From an uncultured Alphaproteobacteria bacterium (GTDB taxonomy: Bacteria; Pseudomonadota; Alphaproteobacteria; JAJFIK01), in the NCBI GenBank assembly GCA_964474635.1, contig CAYYTT010000006.1, positions 2,123 to 66,122 of the forward strand: DNA of 64,000 nucleotides, given 5' to 3'. Below are positions 63,714 through 64,000 of this stretch, one piece after another (the first letter of the stretch is position 1; each line of letters opens with the position of its first letter). The position numbers and the translations under genes are program-made. Below the pieces are notes generated by a model. It made no database searches. It saw only the letters and a program-made list of their open reading frames with translations, and was not told where the DNA came from.

Positions 63714-64000
63714 GTGTTTACTCGGACTGAAACACGTGCGCGCGGCCTGATGGGCAGGGTTCTCATGGCGCCCGTGATCGCCCTTCTGCTCCTGGGCCTT
63801 GGCGCCGCTCTCACGCCGGCACAGGTCCGCGCGGATGAGGACGACGATCGGCCCGATCTGGAGGAGGCCCGGGGCTTCATCAAGACCCTCGCCGACCGCG
63901 CCATTGGTGTTTTGCAAGAAGAAGACACGAGCCGGGCAGAGCGCCTGCGCGTCTTCGAGGAACTGCTCACAAAGGGGTTCGACCTGCCCTTCCTTGCCCG
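63714..64000 (+). CDS. MlaC/Ttg2D-like periplasmic lipid-binding protein, N-terminal part (runs off the right edge)
   Basis: Own translation from GTG 63714, 6 nt after GGAGGGG: VFTRTETRARGLMGRVLMAPVIALLLLGLGAALTPAQVRA (signal), then ARGFIKTLADRAIGVLQEEDTSRAERLRVFEELLTKGFDLPFLA. This is the typical MlaC N-terminal pattern. Confidence 0.6.
   Translation, partial: MFTRTETRARGLMGRVLMAPVIALLLLGLGAALTPAQVRADEDDDRPDLEEARGFIKTLADRAIGVLQEEDTSRAERLRVFEELLTKGFDLPFLA

Noticed and set aside
61688-63970. 760-aa minus-strand ORF
   Set aside because: It is antisense to the CHASE2-cyclase gene and runs across an intergenic region into the mlaC-like gene. It has no motifs and a shadow-ORF composition.

Overview
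This is a high-GC, densely coding chromosomal segment. GC is judged by eye, not computed. The gene content looks alphaproteobacterial: split pntAB/pntB, DUF2336, an Mla/MCE operon with an auxiliary lipoprotein, a bacteriophytochrome, and REP-like palindromic elements. I support about 50 protein-coding genes on both strands. Many ORF-track entries are antisense shadow ORFs or over-extended N-termini, and I trimmed starts using RBS placement, family-typical N-termini and start/stop overlaps. I found no rRNA, tRNA, CRISPR array, transposase, integrase or phage gene. Left to right the content is: thiL (partial), P450 and thioesterase; a giant transglutaminase divergent from an ATP-grasp/alpha-E/Anbu proteasome-like operon; a BVMO-hydrolase-GNAT-membrane operon; a zinc-ribbon methyltransferase; an M1 peptidase coupled to a membrane protein; an aaRS-like/epimerase/membrane trio; kynA-kynU; an unknown 280-aa protein coupled to a pentapeptide+FGE-like protein; cobU; a second beta-lactamase-fold hydrolase; an M14 carboxypeptidase; a PAN-domain protein; pntAB-pntB; a Sel1 lipoprotein; a zf-CHCC protein; a patatin-like phospholipase in an AT-richer patch; an RND efflux pair; bphP plus a response regulator; tetR; a class II aldolase; an orphan betaine-type binding protein; nadK; an AbrB-type membrane protein; a CheY-like regulator; Nudix; recQ; DUF2336; arsR; a large NRPS-like protein whose catalytic motifs all look degenerate; an Mla/MCE operon; a CHASE2-cyclase; and mlaC (partial). 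The best candidates for something undescribed are four: (i) the coupled unknown + pentapeptide/FGE-like pair, (ii) the triply degenerate NRPS-like protein, (iii) the aaRS-like trio, and (iv) the functionally unsolved Anbu cluster in a non-canonical layout. A recurring structural oddity is a set of short (16-19 bp) tandem direct-repeat arrays in several intergenic regions. Two of these arrays share a TGTTGRCC core. All family assignments come from motif recognition by eye. No database search was run.
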